64,000 bases of DNA. Source: Octopus bimaculoides (Eukaryota). The stretch's first letter is position 1; each line of letters starts with the position of its first letter. The stretch lies in contig NC_068984.1 of NCBI RefSeq assembly GCF_001194135.2, positions 10,073,298-10,137,297 of the forward strand. Reading direction: 5' to 3'. Shown in pieces: positions 23,084-36,017 of the stretch. The position numbers were made by a program, and so were the translations under genes. Below the pieces are notes generated by a model, which saw only the letters and a program-made list of their open reading frames with translations, was not told the origin of the DNA and ran no database searches.

Positions 23084-25538
23084 GTAAATTCATCCCTCCT
23101 CATCTCTAAAAACCGACGTATCCCTGTAAAAAACAAAAACATCCTTAGTGAGACAATTAAATATTCAACACTTCAGTCATAATACGGCTAATTATAAATA
23201 AAATTGCATATTAATTAGAAAAATACCAAGTTGGAAATGATGATGATGATGATCATCATCATCATGTAATGTCTGTTTTCCATGCTGGTATGGGTTGGAC
23301 GGTTTGACAGGATCCAGTAAGCTAAAAGGCTGTGTTGAGCTTTGGTGTCAGCATTAGTATGGTTTCTATGGCTGGATGCCCTTCCTAATGCCAACCACTT
23401 CAGTGTGGACTGGGTGCTTTCTTCATGCCACTGGCACTAATAAGGTTGCCAAGTGACTTGGAAGACAGGAAAAAGACAGGGGGAAAACAAACAGACAAAA
23501 CCCTATAACTAAAAGAGGAAGAAGTGACATTATGCCTGGTGTTAAAAAGCTAAAGAATGACAGAGAGACAAGCACAGGTCTCTTGCTGGATATATGGCTA
23601 CCCAACTTTATATAAGGGTGGGTGAGAGCAGCTGAGAAGAAGATGAATTTGAAAAGGGTTCAGTGTGGGATTTGTACAGTAAATAGGGGATGATGGCAAA
23701 TAGGGAACATGTGCAGTGAGAGGGCGAAAAGCAATGCCTTTTCTGCTTGTTTTGTCCCCGTACATTATAACATTCTTTAACCCATGTCTATTGCTCATCT
23801 CTCAATCATTCCCTCCTCTTCTCAGTTCTCACTGTCCTATGTTTCCAGAGTGACTGAAGACAGCAACGGATCTCTTCCGTTCCCCAGACATAGCTTCAAG
23901 TGCAACTAAGCATGTCCCTACACTTACGCTAACCCTCTCACCAACAATCCTTCGTATTATTCGTTGGAACAGGACCCATCTGCTTTCCATTCTCACACTC
24001 ACATCACACATGAATGTGCAATGGTTTAGTGGTTAGAGTGTTCAATTCATGATCTTAAGATGGTGGTTTCGATTCCTGGTCCAGGCAACATGTTGTGTTC
24101 TTGAACAAAACACTTCATTTCACATTGCTCCAGTTCAGTCAAGTGACAAAAGTCAGTAATCCTGCGATGGAACAATGTCCCCTTCCAGTGGGGAAACACG
24201 TATGCCATAGAAACTAGGAAATCATCCCTAGGAGTCTAAATAATTCAGAAAGGATCTTTATCCTCATCTACTTCCATCACTCAACCCTGTCTTGTAGCCT
24301 ATGTATATAAATGGCCATATTGGAGCACTTATGCTCAGTTTACTCTACCATCATCCTCTGCTCCTATACAACCAGTCATCAGGCTGTATCATCATGTGTT
24401 ACTCTGATGGTTAACTTATTCTTGTTCCTTCTCTCCCATGAATCCATGGCTTCAGTTATTCCTCTGCCAGTCACCTTGTATTACTTTGGAAATACAAACC
24501 TATCTCAGAATACTAAATACTTCAATCACTCCACTTTTTATCCCACATGCCACTCACCACTTATCATTGATGCCTCTGTCACTCATCCTTCTAACTCTAC
24601 AAAGAGGTTGGTGATCAAGCAGAGACAGAGTGTTGTGATGTCCTTTTGGTCTTGTCAAGGACATGACACCACTCAACTGCTGGTGCCACATAAAAAGAAA
24701 CCAGCATATTCAGTAATGTGGTTGGTGTTATGAAGGGCATCCAGCTGTAAAAAAAAGGGTCAAAACTGAAGCACAAGTGTAACGAGGTCTTCTGGTCTAT
24801 CTGAGAGGACACTCGTAAATACATGTTGACTCTGAGTGCAATAACCTATCCAATCCATACTAGCATAGAAAAGGGACAAAAATGATGACAATGTTGAAAA
24901 TTATGATAGAAGTGGTGATGGTGGTGGTGGTGGTGGTGCGTGTGTGTGTGTGTGATTATCATTGTTTACTGTCCACTTTTCCATGTTTGCATGAGTCAGA
25001 TGGAATTTGTTGAGGCAAATTTTTCTACAGCTGGATGCCCTTCCTGTCACCAACTCTCACCTGTTTCCAAGCAAAATATTTTTCCATGGCCAGACATGTT
25101 TTTCACAGCAGACTGGAAACAAACAAAAATGCTTGTATGATGGTGCGACTCATTTACAATCATCACATGATGCCAAGATAAGGGTACACACACACACACA
25201 CACACACTTTTCTTTCTCTTGACACTTTGTGTGTGTGTGTGTGAGAGCTCATGGCTCAGCAAGATGTTTGTTTCTTGTATTTGAAGTTGCATTAAAATAG
25301 TCAGGAACATACTGGAATATATTTCTGTTGGTTATCAGTTGTCAGAATGACTGTTATTCGCCTTCACTCTCTCTTTCTCTCTGTACTTGTCTCTCTCTCT
25401 CTCTTTCTCTCCTCCTCCTCCTCTTCCTCTCTCTCTTTCTCCATGTAAACATTTATGTATGAGTGTGTTTGCATGTGATTCTCTGTGTACATGTGCTTGC
25501 ATGTGTGTGTATATTATTCCATGTACCTATGCATGCAT

Positions 25539-25586
<48 letters not shown>

Positions 25587-25596
25587 NNNNNNNNNN

Positions 25597-25635
<39 letters not shown>

Positions 25636-26203
25636 ATTATTCAAATATAAAATGGAATCTGGGTTCAGCAAGCAATAAAAATTTTATAACCCCAATCATT
25701 TTAAATATTTTCTTGTCTTCTTATTATAATTTTTTCTTGGGCTATTTTTTTTTTTTAATCTTTACATTATGAAGACAATCAAAGAGAAATCACTTGGAAT
25801 CTGTTGCATTTCTGGCTTTTATCAAGATCTATTAGAAACTAAAATCCAATTATTCACAATTCCAAATTCAAAATGCAACCAAGATCTTTGATGGGACAGA
25901 TTAGGTCTTGCAGTAAATAAATATTGATTCTGTGTAAATAGCTACTGATTGATTCCAAGAATGTTTGTTGAATTCCTTGAAATGGGAAAAACGGTAATAA
26001 TGAATCCCAGTATCATGTCGTTACTGTCTTGTGTAATCTCATCTTACACACAGCACTGACAGCGGAACCAAACTGCAAACATTCAACCCCCATCCTATCA
26101 CATATGCACACACATAAGTATAGTCGACATATTGGATATAGATTTGGTTGGCATCGTGGCTGTGTGGTTATATATGTAAAGTGTTACGACATGTCTCCAT
26201 ATA

Positions 26204-26238
26204 GTTCTATATTTAAGTGAGAGGAATTATGTACATTT
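26204..26238 (-). mobile_element. Terminal fragment of family H1
   Basis: gttctatatttaagtgagaggaattatgtacattt is the rc of the H1 3' end. Confidence 0.55.
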
Positions 26239-26554
26239 ATCATAATCATCATGTCGGGGAAAATCACAACCAAACATATGGTGGATAAGTAGTTCTTATT
26301 GACCTCCAATATGGCTCAGAAACCTGCTTGATTTATATATTTTACTTGCTTGGCATTAGGCTGTGGCCACGCTGGGGCACTGCCTTGAAGAATCTTAGTC
26401 AAACAAATCAAGCGTTGGGCCTCACAGAGGCAAAGTGGCTGAGTTCCTCTCAAGTGTTGGGCCTGATGGAGGTAAAGTGGCCAAGTTCCTTTCGAGTGTT
26501 TGGTTTCATGGAGGCAATGACCAAGACCTTTGGCATTATGTCATGCTTGAGAAG

Positions 26555-27225
26555 GCAGGTGCAGCCCACCCCAACCTTTGGGCTGGCTGGTTCCCATTCT
26601 CCTTTGCTGTCATGAGGCTTTTTTAAAGCTGGATTTTCTACAGGGAGCCTACCTTTGCTTACCCCAACCTCAGTTTCTGGACATGAGTGGTCCCAAGACC
26701 AAGGCCTCTACCAAGATTTTTAAGAAATGTGGTAGAAAACTAACTCAGGAAGCCAGGGATGCTACTCCCTGAGACCCCTATCGGAGCCCCCCTTATGTGT
26801 TTATATATTTAATCATATATCATTGGGCCTCACTGAGGCAAAGTGGCTGAGTTCCTTTCGAGTGAAGGGCTTCATTGGAGGCAATGACCAAGACCTTTGG
26901 CATTATGTTGTGCTTGAGAAGAAGACCCATCAAGCCGAGAAAAATCACAGACATGGCAGATACCAGTGTCACGCAAATTGGTACCTGCACTGGTGGAATA
27001 TAAATGCACCCCAATATCATGCAAATGGCACCGGTGCCAGTGGCACGTAAAAGCACCCATTACACTCTTGGAGTGGTTGGCATTAGGAAGGGCATCCAGC
27101 TGAAGAAAAACCTGCAAAATCTGACTGGAGTCTAGTGCAGCCTTCCAGTGTGCCAGTCTGGTCAAATCGTCCAACCCATGCCAACATGGACAACGGATGT
27201 AAAATGATGATGATGATGATGATAA
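26555..27225. mobile_element. Head-to-head composite: minus-strand module plus plus-strand RTE 3' end (copy 1)
   Basis: Shares module and junction tttaatcatatatcattgggcctcactgagg with 40744-41424. Confidence 0.75.
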
Positions 27226-27454
27226 TGATGAATCAATCCCAAGCCTGGTACTTGTTCTATTGGTTGCTTTTTGCCAAACTGCTAAGCAACTGGGGTATAA
27301 ACAAACCAACACCGGTTGTCAAGCAGTGTTGGGAGACAAACACAGGTACACAACAGGTTTTATTCAGTTTCTACTTGCCCAGTGTGACTGAACCCAGAGC
27401 CATGTGGTCAGGGAGCAAACTTCTTACCACACAGCCATACCTGTGTCTATAGGC

Positions 27455-27775
27455 CACATCTGGAAATATACCACCAGAGATATTGAGGTAAAATGATCAT
27501 GCATATCCAACTGCAAAACAGAACAGGTGGAAGAATTTCAGGTAAGTCAAGCATGACCGATACCTTCCACATTGAAACACTGATTATGAGAAAGCGATTT
27601 TGAGAGGCTGGCTGTGTTGTGTGAACTGGTTGCTTAGGCAACTGCTTAACTCCTGGATGAATAAGGAAAAGCACACCTACAAGAGGACAAAAGAAGCTAT
27701 TCAAAGATGTGATGGGAATCTTTGGTAAATAACTGACACAAATGGGGATGAGTCATCTATGACGAAGACCACTAT
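27455..27775 (+). mobile_element. BovB-like RTE C-terminal relic
   Basis: LEIYHQRY..IETLIMRKR..RGQKKLFKD resembles LERFHQRCLR..SIEAML..GGQKKRFKD; many stops. Confidence 0.5.
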
Positions 27776-27806
27776 TTCAATGTAGTGAGTGCCAAACCTC
27801 TCAAGA

Positions 27807-28196
27807 GGAGTAGCTGTGTGGTAAGTAGCTTGCTGACCAACCGCATGGTTCTGTGTTCAGTCTCACTGCGTGACACCTTGGGCAAGTGTCTTCTACCATA
27901 GCCTCGGACCGACCAAAGCCTTGTGAGTGGATTTGGTTGATGGAAAGTGAAAGAAGTCCGTCGTATATATATGTGTGTGTGTGTGTTTGTGTGTCTGTGT
28001 TTGTTCCTCCAACATCACTTGACAACCGATGCTGGTGTGTTTATGTACCCATAACTTAGCGGATCGGCAAAAGAGACCGATAGAATAAGTACTAGGCTTA
28101 CAAAGAATAAGTCCTGGGATCGATTTGCTCGACTACAGGCGGTGCTCCAGCATGGCCGCAGTCAAAATGTCTGAAACAAGTAAAAGAATAAAAGAA
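27807..28196 (+). mobile_element. SINE family A, full length (tRNA head, CORE-like domain, internal microsatellite, LINE-derived tail)
   Basis: A/B boxes; gcgtgacaccttgggcaagtgtctt resembles the CORE-SINE domain; tail ggcggtgctccagcatggccgcagtc..aagtaaaagaataaaag. Confidence 0.9.
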
Positions 28197-28730
28197 AAAA
28201 TGTAAAATGAAGCACAAAGTGACCAGTAAGCCTCTCTTCTTGACCAGATGTGTGGGTTTAGCAATGACCCACAATAGTTACATAAGGGTGCACAGAAGCT
28301 AAATCTGGTGGACATCAATCCTTGACCACAAGGGATTGCCAATAACAATGCAACAACAAGAGTACCAAATTGTTAGAAATAGCAGCTTCAATCAAACTTC
28401 CAAAGAAATAACAGCTAAATTTCTCCCAAATCACAAAAGAAATACAAGACAAAGGGAAAGCTTTTGATCCTAAGTGTATTTTGTTGCACTGACCTAAGGC
28501 TAAATGAACAATAACAACAACATGTATTGTCCAACAGATTCTTATTTATGGCAGTGGGATGAGAAAAGAGAGCAATTTGGTTGCTATTTCTCTACTGGTG
28601 TCAGAGAAGAGGAGGAGGAGGAGGCCGAGTAGTGGCAGTGGTGGTAGTGAGAGATGAGGGACAATGTAACTGATTAAGATTAATGATGTTGTTTCATTCG
28701 AAATGTTGTAGATAAATGGAGTAGTAGTAA

Positions 28731-28764
<34 letters not shown>

Positions 28765-29064
28765 TGTTGTTGTTGTTGTGGTGGGGGGGGGGGGTGCTAG
28801 GTCGAAGCTGTTTGTAGACAAACTACGAATGCTGGAGAGATCTGAAGAAGAGCGAGAGATCAGATAAAAGACTCGGATAGAGATGGAGGAGAAAAATCTG
28901 AAGAATGATGATTAAAGCAAGAGATAAAAGTGGATTAACTGATTGTTGTTGTTGTTGCTGTTATTGTGTTTTAGCCATAGGTCAGTGGAATCAAAGAGAC
29001 TGACAGTCAAAAGCTATCCTTCTGTGACCATCCTGTCTTTTGTGCTTTTTCAGACAGTGAAGGC

Positions 29065-29385
29065 CCGTGGTTAGGGATATTTGGTTTATGATTGCAAGGT
29101 CACGAGTTCAATTCCTGGCAGTGCACTGTGTCCTTGGGCAAGAAACTTTATTTTTCCCATTGCTCCAGTCCACTCAGCTGGCAAAAATGAGTTGTACCTG
29201 TAATTACAAAGGGCCAGCCTTGTCCCATTCTGTGTCACACTGGATCTTCCTGAGAACTACATTAAGGGTACACATGTCTGTGGAGTACTCAGCCACTTGC
29301 ACATTAATTTCACAAGCAGGCTGTTCCATTGATCAGATCAACTCGAACAGTTGTCATCATAACCGGTGGAGCATCAGTGAAGACA
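29065..29385 (+). mobile_element. SINE family C
   Basis: gtggttagg..gagttcaattcc..tgtgtccttgggcaag..ctccagtccactcagctggcaaaaatgag. Confidence 0.8.
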
Positions 29386-29592
29386 GCAGGATGTGATTTC
29401 GGAGAGATTTAGTTGAGTTACTGTTTGTCTGGAAATTTGAGTAATATTTTTTTTGAGGGTTCCACATTGGTTGCTATTTCTAACAGCTTGAGGTACTTTA
29501 GTGGTATCCTTGTCATTGGCAATCCTTAATTAATATCATTGCTTTTTATTACTAATTGAACAACTGTCTTCAAAGAAGATAAACCACCTTAA

Positions 29593-29794
29593 CCCTTTAA
29601 TATTTAAACCAACCATATCTGTTCTACATTAAAACTGGTCAGATCTGGCCTCTGACATTTACCCTACAATGTCATTCTACATATAAGCAATCACGTCATC
29701 AAAATCTTGAAGCTATGAGATAATGCATGATTATTTCAAAACGATGTGAATAAATAAGCATTAGATTCAGCAGAGTGATCTGAATGCTAAGGGG
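29593..29794. mobile_element. piggyBac-like MITE
   Basis: TTAA CCCTTTAAT...AATGCTAAGGGG TTAA. Confidence 0.7.
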
Positions 29795-30069
29795 TTAAAT
29801 ACTATTTAATCCACACATGATTCTAATGATCATTCTCATCTGACTGAAGGAGAGTGCTTGAAGAAAAATCAAAGAATTGGCAGAAGAAAGTAAAACACTT
29901 GTCAAAAGGAGAATGAGGCAGCAAACCAGAAATTGGCACAGATTAAAAGAAAAGTAACTTTGAGAATAGCATGGAAGACAGACGTTAAATGATGATGATG
30001 ATGATGATGATGACGATAGAAGCTTCTACAGCAAAACACTTTTGCTTGTCACTTTATCTTACTTTTGCC

Positions 30070-30397
30070 TTCAACACTTGGTGTAAAGCCACCTCCCCCT
30101 CAGTCAGATACACTCTCACTTGGTTGAAAGGGGCTTTTTTCCTTTTCTTTTCTTTGTCTTGCAAATTACTTGGCAACCTCACTAGTACTGGTGCCACAAA
30201 AAAGCATGGATGTTGTACTGCAATAACTTGGGTTTCAACACCTGGTGTAAAGCCACCTCTCCCTCAGTCAGATACATTCTCACCTGGTTGAAAGGGGCTT
30301 TTTTCCTTTTCTTTTCTTTGTCTTGCAAATTACTTGGCAACCTCACTAGTGCTGGTGCCACAAAAAAGCATGGACGATGTACTGCAATAGCTTGGGT
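30070..30397 (+). repeat. 164-bp tandem duplication spanning an RTE-UTR/LINE junction
   Basis: ttcaacac(t/c)tggtgtaaagccacc..gtactgcaata(a/g)cttgggt at 30070 and 30234. Confidence 0.9.
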
Positions 30398-30722
30398 TGC
30401 AAGGGCCCACAGCTGTTTAACTGTCTGCTGAAGTATTTGAGGAGCCTCCATGGAGTGGATGTAGACGTTTTCAAACATGAACTTGACCTCTGGCACGCCG
30501 AGGTCCCGGATGAGCCAATATTGAGACAAGAAACTCAAAAGAGAGCAGTAACATCGAACTCCATCCTTCACCAAAAGCCGCTCCGACAAAGGTGGAAAGA
30601 TGATCACAATGGCGGTGCTNNNNNNNNNNCACCAAAAGCCGCTCCGACAAAGGTGGAAAGATGATCACAATGGCGGTGCTCCAGCATGGCCACAGTCATT
30701 GGACTGAAACATATAAAAGAAA
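30378..30722 (+). mobile_element. 3' end of a CR1/L2-group LINE whose tail equals the SINE A tail
   Basis: YCNSLGCKGPQLFNCLLKYLRSLHGVDVDVFKHELDLWHAEVPDEP..SNSILHQ, then ggcggtgctccagcatggccacagtc..actgaaac..aaaagaaag. Confidence 0.7.
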
Positions 30723-30989
30723 GAAAATTGCCCTGTAAAGTGATTGGCATTAGAAACCATGCCAAAGGTGACATTGGATCATGATGCTGTCTTCTGGCTT
30801 GACAGATCCTATTAAACTTTCCAACTCATGGAAGAGAGATGTTAAATGATGATGATAACGAGATGGATGGATGGCCATAGTGGATGGTTATCGCCTGTCA
30901 ACGACATAAACATGAATGCTTTTATGCAATATCAGTCCATATGAGAGGTCCTCTCGTGGTAAATAAAGCAGTATTATGTGTTCCGACAC

Positions 30990-31310
30990 AACTTCCACAT
31001 GAAGTGGGAGATAACAACACTGACACTCTCTGTTATGATGACTAGGGTTCCAGTTGATCCAATCAACAAAACAATCTACTCATTAAGTTAATGTGCAAGT
31101 GACTAAGTACCCCACAGACACATGTACCCTTAATATAATTCACAGAGGGATTCAGAGTGACACAGAATGTGACAAGGCTGACCCTTTGTAATTACAGGTA
31201 CAAGTCATTTTTGCCAGCTGAGTGAACTGGAGCAACGTGAAAAATAAAGTGTCTTGCTCAAGGACAAGCCAGTGCCACCAGGAATTGAACTCAGGACATC
31301 AAGATTGTGA
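30990..31310 (-). mobile_element. SINE family C
   Basis: rc of 29065-29385. Confidence 0.8.
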
Positions 31311-31414
31311 GATAGATGTTTGCATGAGCCAATGAGCAAGCCCTTACATGCAAGCTAGATTTGATAGAAATCACAGTCAAATCTTCCTCAAACCACACAC
31401 TACAGATTTGGGTA

Positions 31415-31875
31415 TCATCATCATCATAGTCTAACGTCCGCTTTCCATGCTAGCATGGGTTAGACGATTTGAATGGGGAATAGCGAAGTGGATGGCTACA
31501 CCAGACTCCAATCTGATCTGGCAGAGTTTCTACAGCTGGATGCCCTTCCTAACGCCAACCACTCTGAGAGTGTAGTGGGTGCTTTTACATGCCACCGGCA
31601 CAAGGACCAGTCATGCAGTACTGGCAATGGCTATGCTCAAATGGTGTTTTTTTATGTGCCACCTACACAGGAGCCAGTCCAGCGGCACTGGCAACGACCT
31701 TGCTCGAACGTTTTCTAACGTGCCACCGGCACAAGTGCCAGTAAGGCGACGCTGGTAACGATCATGCTCAAATGGTGCTATTTCCATGCCACCGGCACGG
31801 AAGCCAGACAGCTGCTCTGGCAATGATCACGCACGAACAGTGCTCTTAGCGCTCCACTGGCACAGGTGCCAGTCA
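31415..31875 (-). mobile_element. RTE 3'UTR with tandem modules
   Basis: (CAT)n, ggatgcccttcctaacgccaacc, repeated modules. Confidence 0.85.
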
Positions 31876-31876
31876 A

Positions 31877-32320
31877 CAATGCACATTATTCACATTTCTC
31901 TTCAAGAGTCACTGAAGGCACCTATAAGTGGTCCTGTCAGAAATAGCAGCTAAATCTCCCTCAATTTACATCCTCCCTTTTTAGTAAAAGAAGACACTGC
32001 ATCCTGTGGTCTTTTTTACAATGTGTCTAATTACAGATGGAATGGTCATGGTTAGAATATCATTGATCATTACGTTGTCCTGGGGCTAAATAACAATGCA
32101 CATTATTAATATTGCTCTTCAAGAGTCACTGAAGGTGCCTATAAGTGGTCCTGATCTGTCAGAAATAGCAGCTAAATCTCCCTCAAATTATACTAATTTT
32201 AAATAAAAAAAAGAATACATTAGATTATTTAACACTAGAAATATGGGATGGTCATTGGTGGAGCGTCTTTGATCATAGATCTGCTCAATTATGTTCGAAG
32301 CAGGACTAAATAGCAACAAC
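31877..32320 (+). repeat. Two tandem copies of repeat family D
   Basis: acaatgcacattatt..ctcttcaagagtcactgaagg..agaaatagcagctaaatctccctc at ~31877 and ~32093. Confidence 0.75.
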
Positions 32321-32439
32321 AGAAGCGTTCGTATTACTTTCCTCTACCCAGGTATCAGATAGAGATGAGATACATTGTTTGGTGTCCATGGCAACTGGTC
32401 TATGCTTGAGTTCTGAGACAGTTGAGATGACTAAAGAGT

Positions 32440-32902
32440 AAAGAAGAGAGACAGAGAGCAGAGAGAGAGAGAGAGAGAGGAAGAAAAGTGGGGGAAAGAG
32501 AGAGAGGTAGATATACTTATGAAATATGGATTGAAAGAAAAGAAAAAGAAGGAGAAATGGATTTGCTTATGAATATTTATGATGGAAAAGAGAAAGAGAG
32601 AGAGAGAGAGACTGGGGAAGAAAAATGAAAAGGTAATGTTATTAATATTAATGGATGGAGAGAGAAAGAGAGAGAGAGAGAGATGGAGAAATAGTAAAAA
32701 AAAGATAGAGAAAGAATGGGATGTTTATGAATATTTATGAGATGTAGAGAGAGGGGGGTAGAGGAGAGGGGGAGGGAGAAAAGTAGATAGACATACTTAT
32801 ATGGATTGAAAGAAAGTGAGAAAAAAAAAAAAGGGAGAAAATGAGTTTGCTCATGAATATTTATGAGATGTAGCAAGAGGGGGTATAGATGGAAGGAGGT
32901 GG

Positions 32903-32934
<32 letters not shown>

Positions 32935-32940
32935 AATATT
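32440..32940 (+). repeat. GA-rich degenerate tandem repeat
   Basis: Recurrent atacttat..atggattgaaagaaa and atgaatatttatga units. Confidence 0.75.
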
Positions 32941-33004
32941 GAAATCTCAAAGGAGTTGTTTGTTAATAAACATATTTTTCTACTTAGATATTTGATATGG
33001 AGAA

Positions 33005-33302
33005 TGAAGGATGATGGTGATGATGATGATGGTGATGATGGTGATGATGGTGATGATGACGATGATGACGATGATGATGATTGTGATGGTGATGATGATG
33101 ATGATTGTGATGGTGATGGTAATGATGATGACGATGACGGTGATGATGTTTATAATGGTAATGGTGGTGATGACGATGGTAACGATGCTGATGATGATAA
33201 TGATGACGGAGGTGATGACAACAATGATGATGATAGTAATGATGGTGATGCCAATGATAGCCATGAATGATGAAGATGATGATGATGATATCAGTTGTGA
33301 AA

Positions 33303-33335
<33 letters not shown>

Positions 33336-33350
33336 GCAATGGTGATGGTT
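33005..33350 (+). repeat. Degenerate (GAT/GGT/GAC)n microsatellite
   Basis: Direct reading; produces spurious Asp-, Met- and His-rich ORFs. Confidence 0.9.
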
Positions 33351-33630
33351 TGTTTGACAACTGATACAAGGCCACAAACCTGAAGGTGAGAGAGCAGTTG
33401 ACTGAATAAATCCAATTATACAACTGGTATTTACTGCATTGATCCCAGAGGTATGGAAGATAAAAACACAAAACGTAATCTTGCTGGCATTTGAACTCAG
33501 AACGAAGAGGGACAAAACTAAATACAGTACAACATTTAATCTGCTGTGTGGTAAGAAGCTTGCTTCCCAATATATATGTCCCACAAATGCTAGCATGGAA
33601 GGCAGACATTAAGCAATGATGATGATGAGG

Positions 33631-33678
<48 letters not shown>

Positions 33679-33688
33679 NNNNNNNNNN

Positions 33689-33720
<32 letters not shown>

Positions 33721-33824
33721 AATATATATCAGTGTGTGTGTTGGTGCCTATTGCTTACCAATTTGGAAAAAAGACCAATAAAATAAATACCAGGTTTTAA
33801 AAAGAGAAAAAGTTCAGAGAAGAC

Positions 33825-34215
33825 CCATCAAACCAAGTGAAATTGTAGTCATGGCTGATTCCAGTGCTGTGTAACAGGCATTTGTGCCGGTGGCATGTAA
33901 AAACCACCCTTCGAACTTTGGGCCTCATGGGTACAGTGACAACTGACCGAGACCTTTGGCGATATGCCATGCTTGAAAAGACCTGTCAAACCAAATGAAG
34001 TTGTAGTTGTGGCTGATGCTGCTTTTCATAACTGACACCCACGTTGGTGGCACATAAAAAGCACCCACTACACTCTTAGAGTGATTGGTGTTAATAAGGG
34101 CATCCAGCTGCAGAAACCATGCCAAATCAGATTGGAATCCCAGCTTACCAGTTTTCAGTCACACTGTCCAACCCATGCCAGCATGGAAAACAGATGTTAA
34201 ATGATGATGATGATC
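33825..34215 (+). mobile_element. RTE 3'UTR copy
   Basis: aagacccatcaaaccaag..gacctttggc..aagggcatccagct..GAT tail. Confidence 0.8.
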
Positions 34216-34451
34216 TTAAGTTATAGTTACAAAATCTAGGGAGAAAGAAACTCAAAAAGGAGTCTTACACAAACTAAATCACTGAAATGGAGCTAAATTA
34301 ATCACTAAACTATCTTTTGCCTTAAATATGAACAGAAAACGTTGCTGTGGAAACATACCATCAAGTGGAGAGTGCTGGAGAAGTACAAGCCTTACTTCAG
34401 TCGCTGTAGGAGGTGCAGATTACGCTTGGTAGAGGAAAGATTTATATTTAA

Positions 34452-34671
34452 CCCTTTCGTTACCGTATTTATTTTGAAGTGCTCTGTGTTTCCTTCAATT
34501 AATTTCAAATATAACAAAGAATTTAGTAAAATAACAGTTACCATTAAGCTAGTGTTAGGAGCATAAATTGTGACTAAGGTTTGGTGGAAGATTTTAATTC
34601 AAAACTTACGAAAACAAGACATTTGTACTACAGAGTCAGAGGCGGTTTCAGTGAGGTTGGTATCGAAAGGG
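34452..34671. mobile_element. piggyBac-like MITE
   Basis: TTAA CCCTTTCGTTACC...GGTATCGAAAGGG TTAA. Confidence 0.85.
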
Positions 34672-35019
34672 TTAAATTAATCATTTGTTAACTTTTATGC
34701 GCCTTGCATGCAAGGAGAATAACTCTTGATGAATTTCTCCAAGGGATTTTCTTTTGTTTTTGTTTTTCTTCATAGCACCCACCAGCTAGATTGGACACTT
34801 GGTGACCTAGAGTAGCAGAGTGCCATTGCTATACTTTTCATAAGAGACTTTCTGGTAAGTGCTGTCTTAGGTTCTCCCTTAACACGCATGCAAAACCAAT
34901 TGGTAAAATCAGCTGACATAGATCTATAAATATTGTATAGTAGTGTCTTCTACTATAGCCTCGGGCTGACCAAAGCCTTGTGAGTGGATTTGGTAGACGG
35001 AAGTGAATACCCGTCAGAG

Positions 35020-35327
35020 TGTAAATAATGTCAATGTGAATACCTGTCAGAGTGTAAGTATCTTGAGAGAAAAGCTGAACATTAGAAGCATCAGTTGTGG
35101 TGTGCAAGAGAGACGATTGCGCTGGTATAGACATGTGGTGAGAATGGATGAGGATAGCTGTGTGAAAAAGTGCCACACCCTAACAGTTGAGGGAACCCGT
35201 GGAAGAGGTAGGCCCAGGAAGACCTGGGCTGAGGTGGTGAGGCCAGACCTTCGAACATTGGGCCTCACCGAGGCGATGACTACTGACCGAGACCTTTGGA
35301 AATGTGCTGTGCGTGAGAAGACTCGGC
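35020..35327 (+). mobile_element. Young RTE LINE ORF C-terminus running into a gap
   Basis: LREKLNIRSISCGVQERRLRWYRHVVRMDEDSCVKKCHTLTVEGTRGRGRPRKTWAEVVRPDLRTLGLTEAMTTDRDLW without stops. Confidence 0.9.
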
Positions 35328-35764
35328 NNNNNNNNNNNNNNNNNNNNNNNNNNNNNNNNNNNNNNNNNNNNNNNNNNNNNNNNNNNNNNNNNNNNNNNNN
35401 NNNNNNNNNNNNNNNNNNNNNNNNNNNNNNNNNNNNNNNNNNNNNNNNNNNNNNNNNNNNNNNNNNNNNNNNNNNNNNNNNNNNNNNNNNNNNNNNNNNN
35501 NNNNNNNNNNNNNNNNNNNNNNNNNNNNNNNNNNNNNNNNNNNNNNNNNNNNNNNNNNNNNNNNNNNNNNNNNNNNNNNNNNNNNNNNNNNNNNNNNNNN
35601 NNNNNNNNNNNNNNNNNNNNNNNNNNNNNNNNNNNNNNNNNNNNNNNNNNNNNNNNNNNNNNNNNNNNNNNNNNNNNNNNNNNNNNNNNNNNNNNNNNNN
35701 NNNNNNNNNNNNNNNNNNNNNNNNNNNNNNNNNNNNNNNNNNGATGATGATGATGATGATGATA

Positions 35765-35980
35765 TATATGTGTGTGTGTGTATGTGTTTGTCCCCACAAC
35801 ATCGCTTGACAACTGATGCTGGTGTGTTTACGTACCCGTAACTTAGCGGTTTGGCAAAAGAGACCAATAGAATAAGTACTAGGCTTACAAAGAATAAGTC
35901 CTGGGGTCGATTTGCTCGACTAAAAGTGGTGCTCCAGCATGGCCACAGTCAAATGACTGAAACAAGTAAAAGAGTAAAAG
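35765..35980 (+). mobile_element. SINE family A, 3' half
   Basis: tttgtccccacaacatcgcttgacaac..aaacaagtaaaagagtaaaagag. Confidence 0.85.
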
Positions 35981-35981
35981 A

Positions 35982-36017
<36 letters not shown>

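Noticed and set aside
27453-27547. Strong AG|GTAAGT donor with upstream acceptor
   Set aside because: All three frames contain stops, and the region is a BovB-like LINE relic
30570-30680. Exact 50-bp duplication around a 10-N gap
   Set aside because: Same scaffolding artefact
32863-33415. Asp-, His- and Met-rich ORFs
   Set aside because: Translation of a degenerate (GAT)n microsatellite on both strands; no splice or domain support
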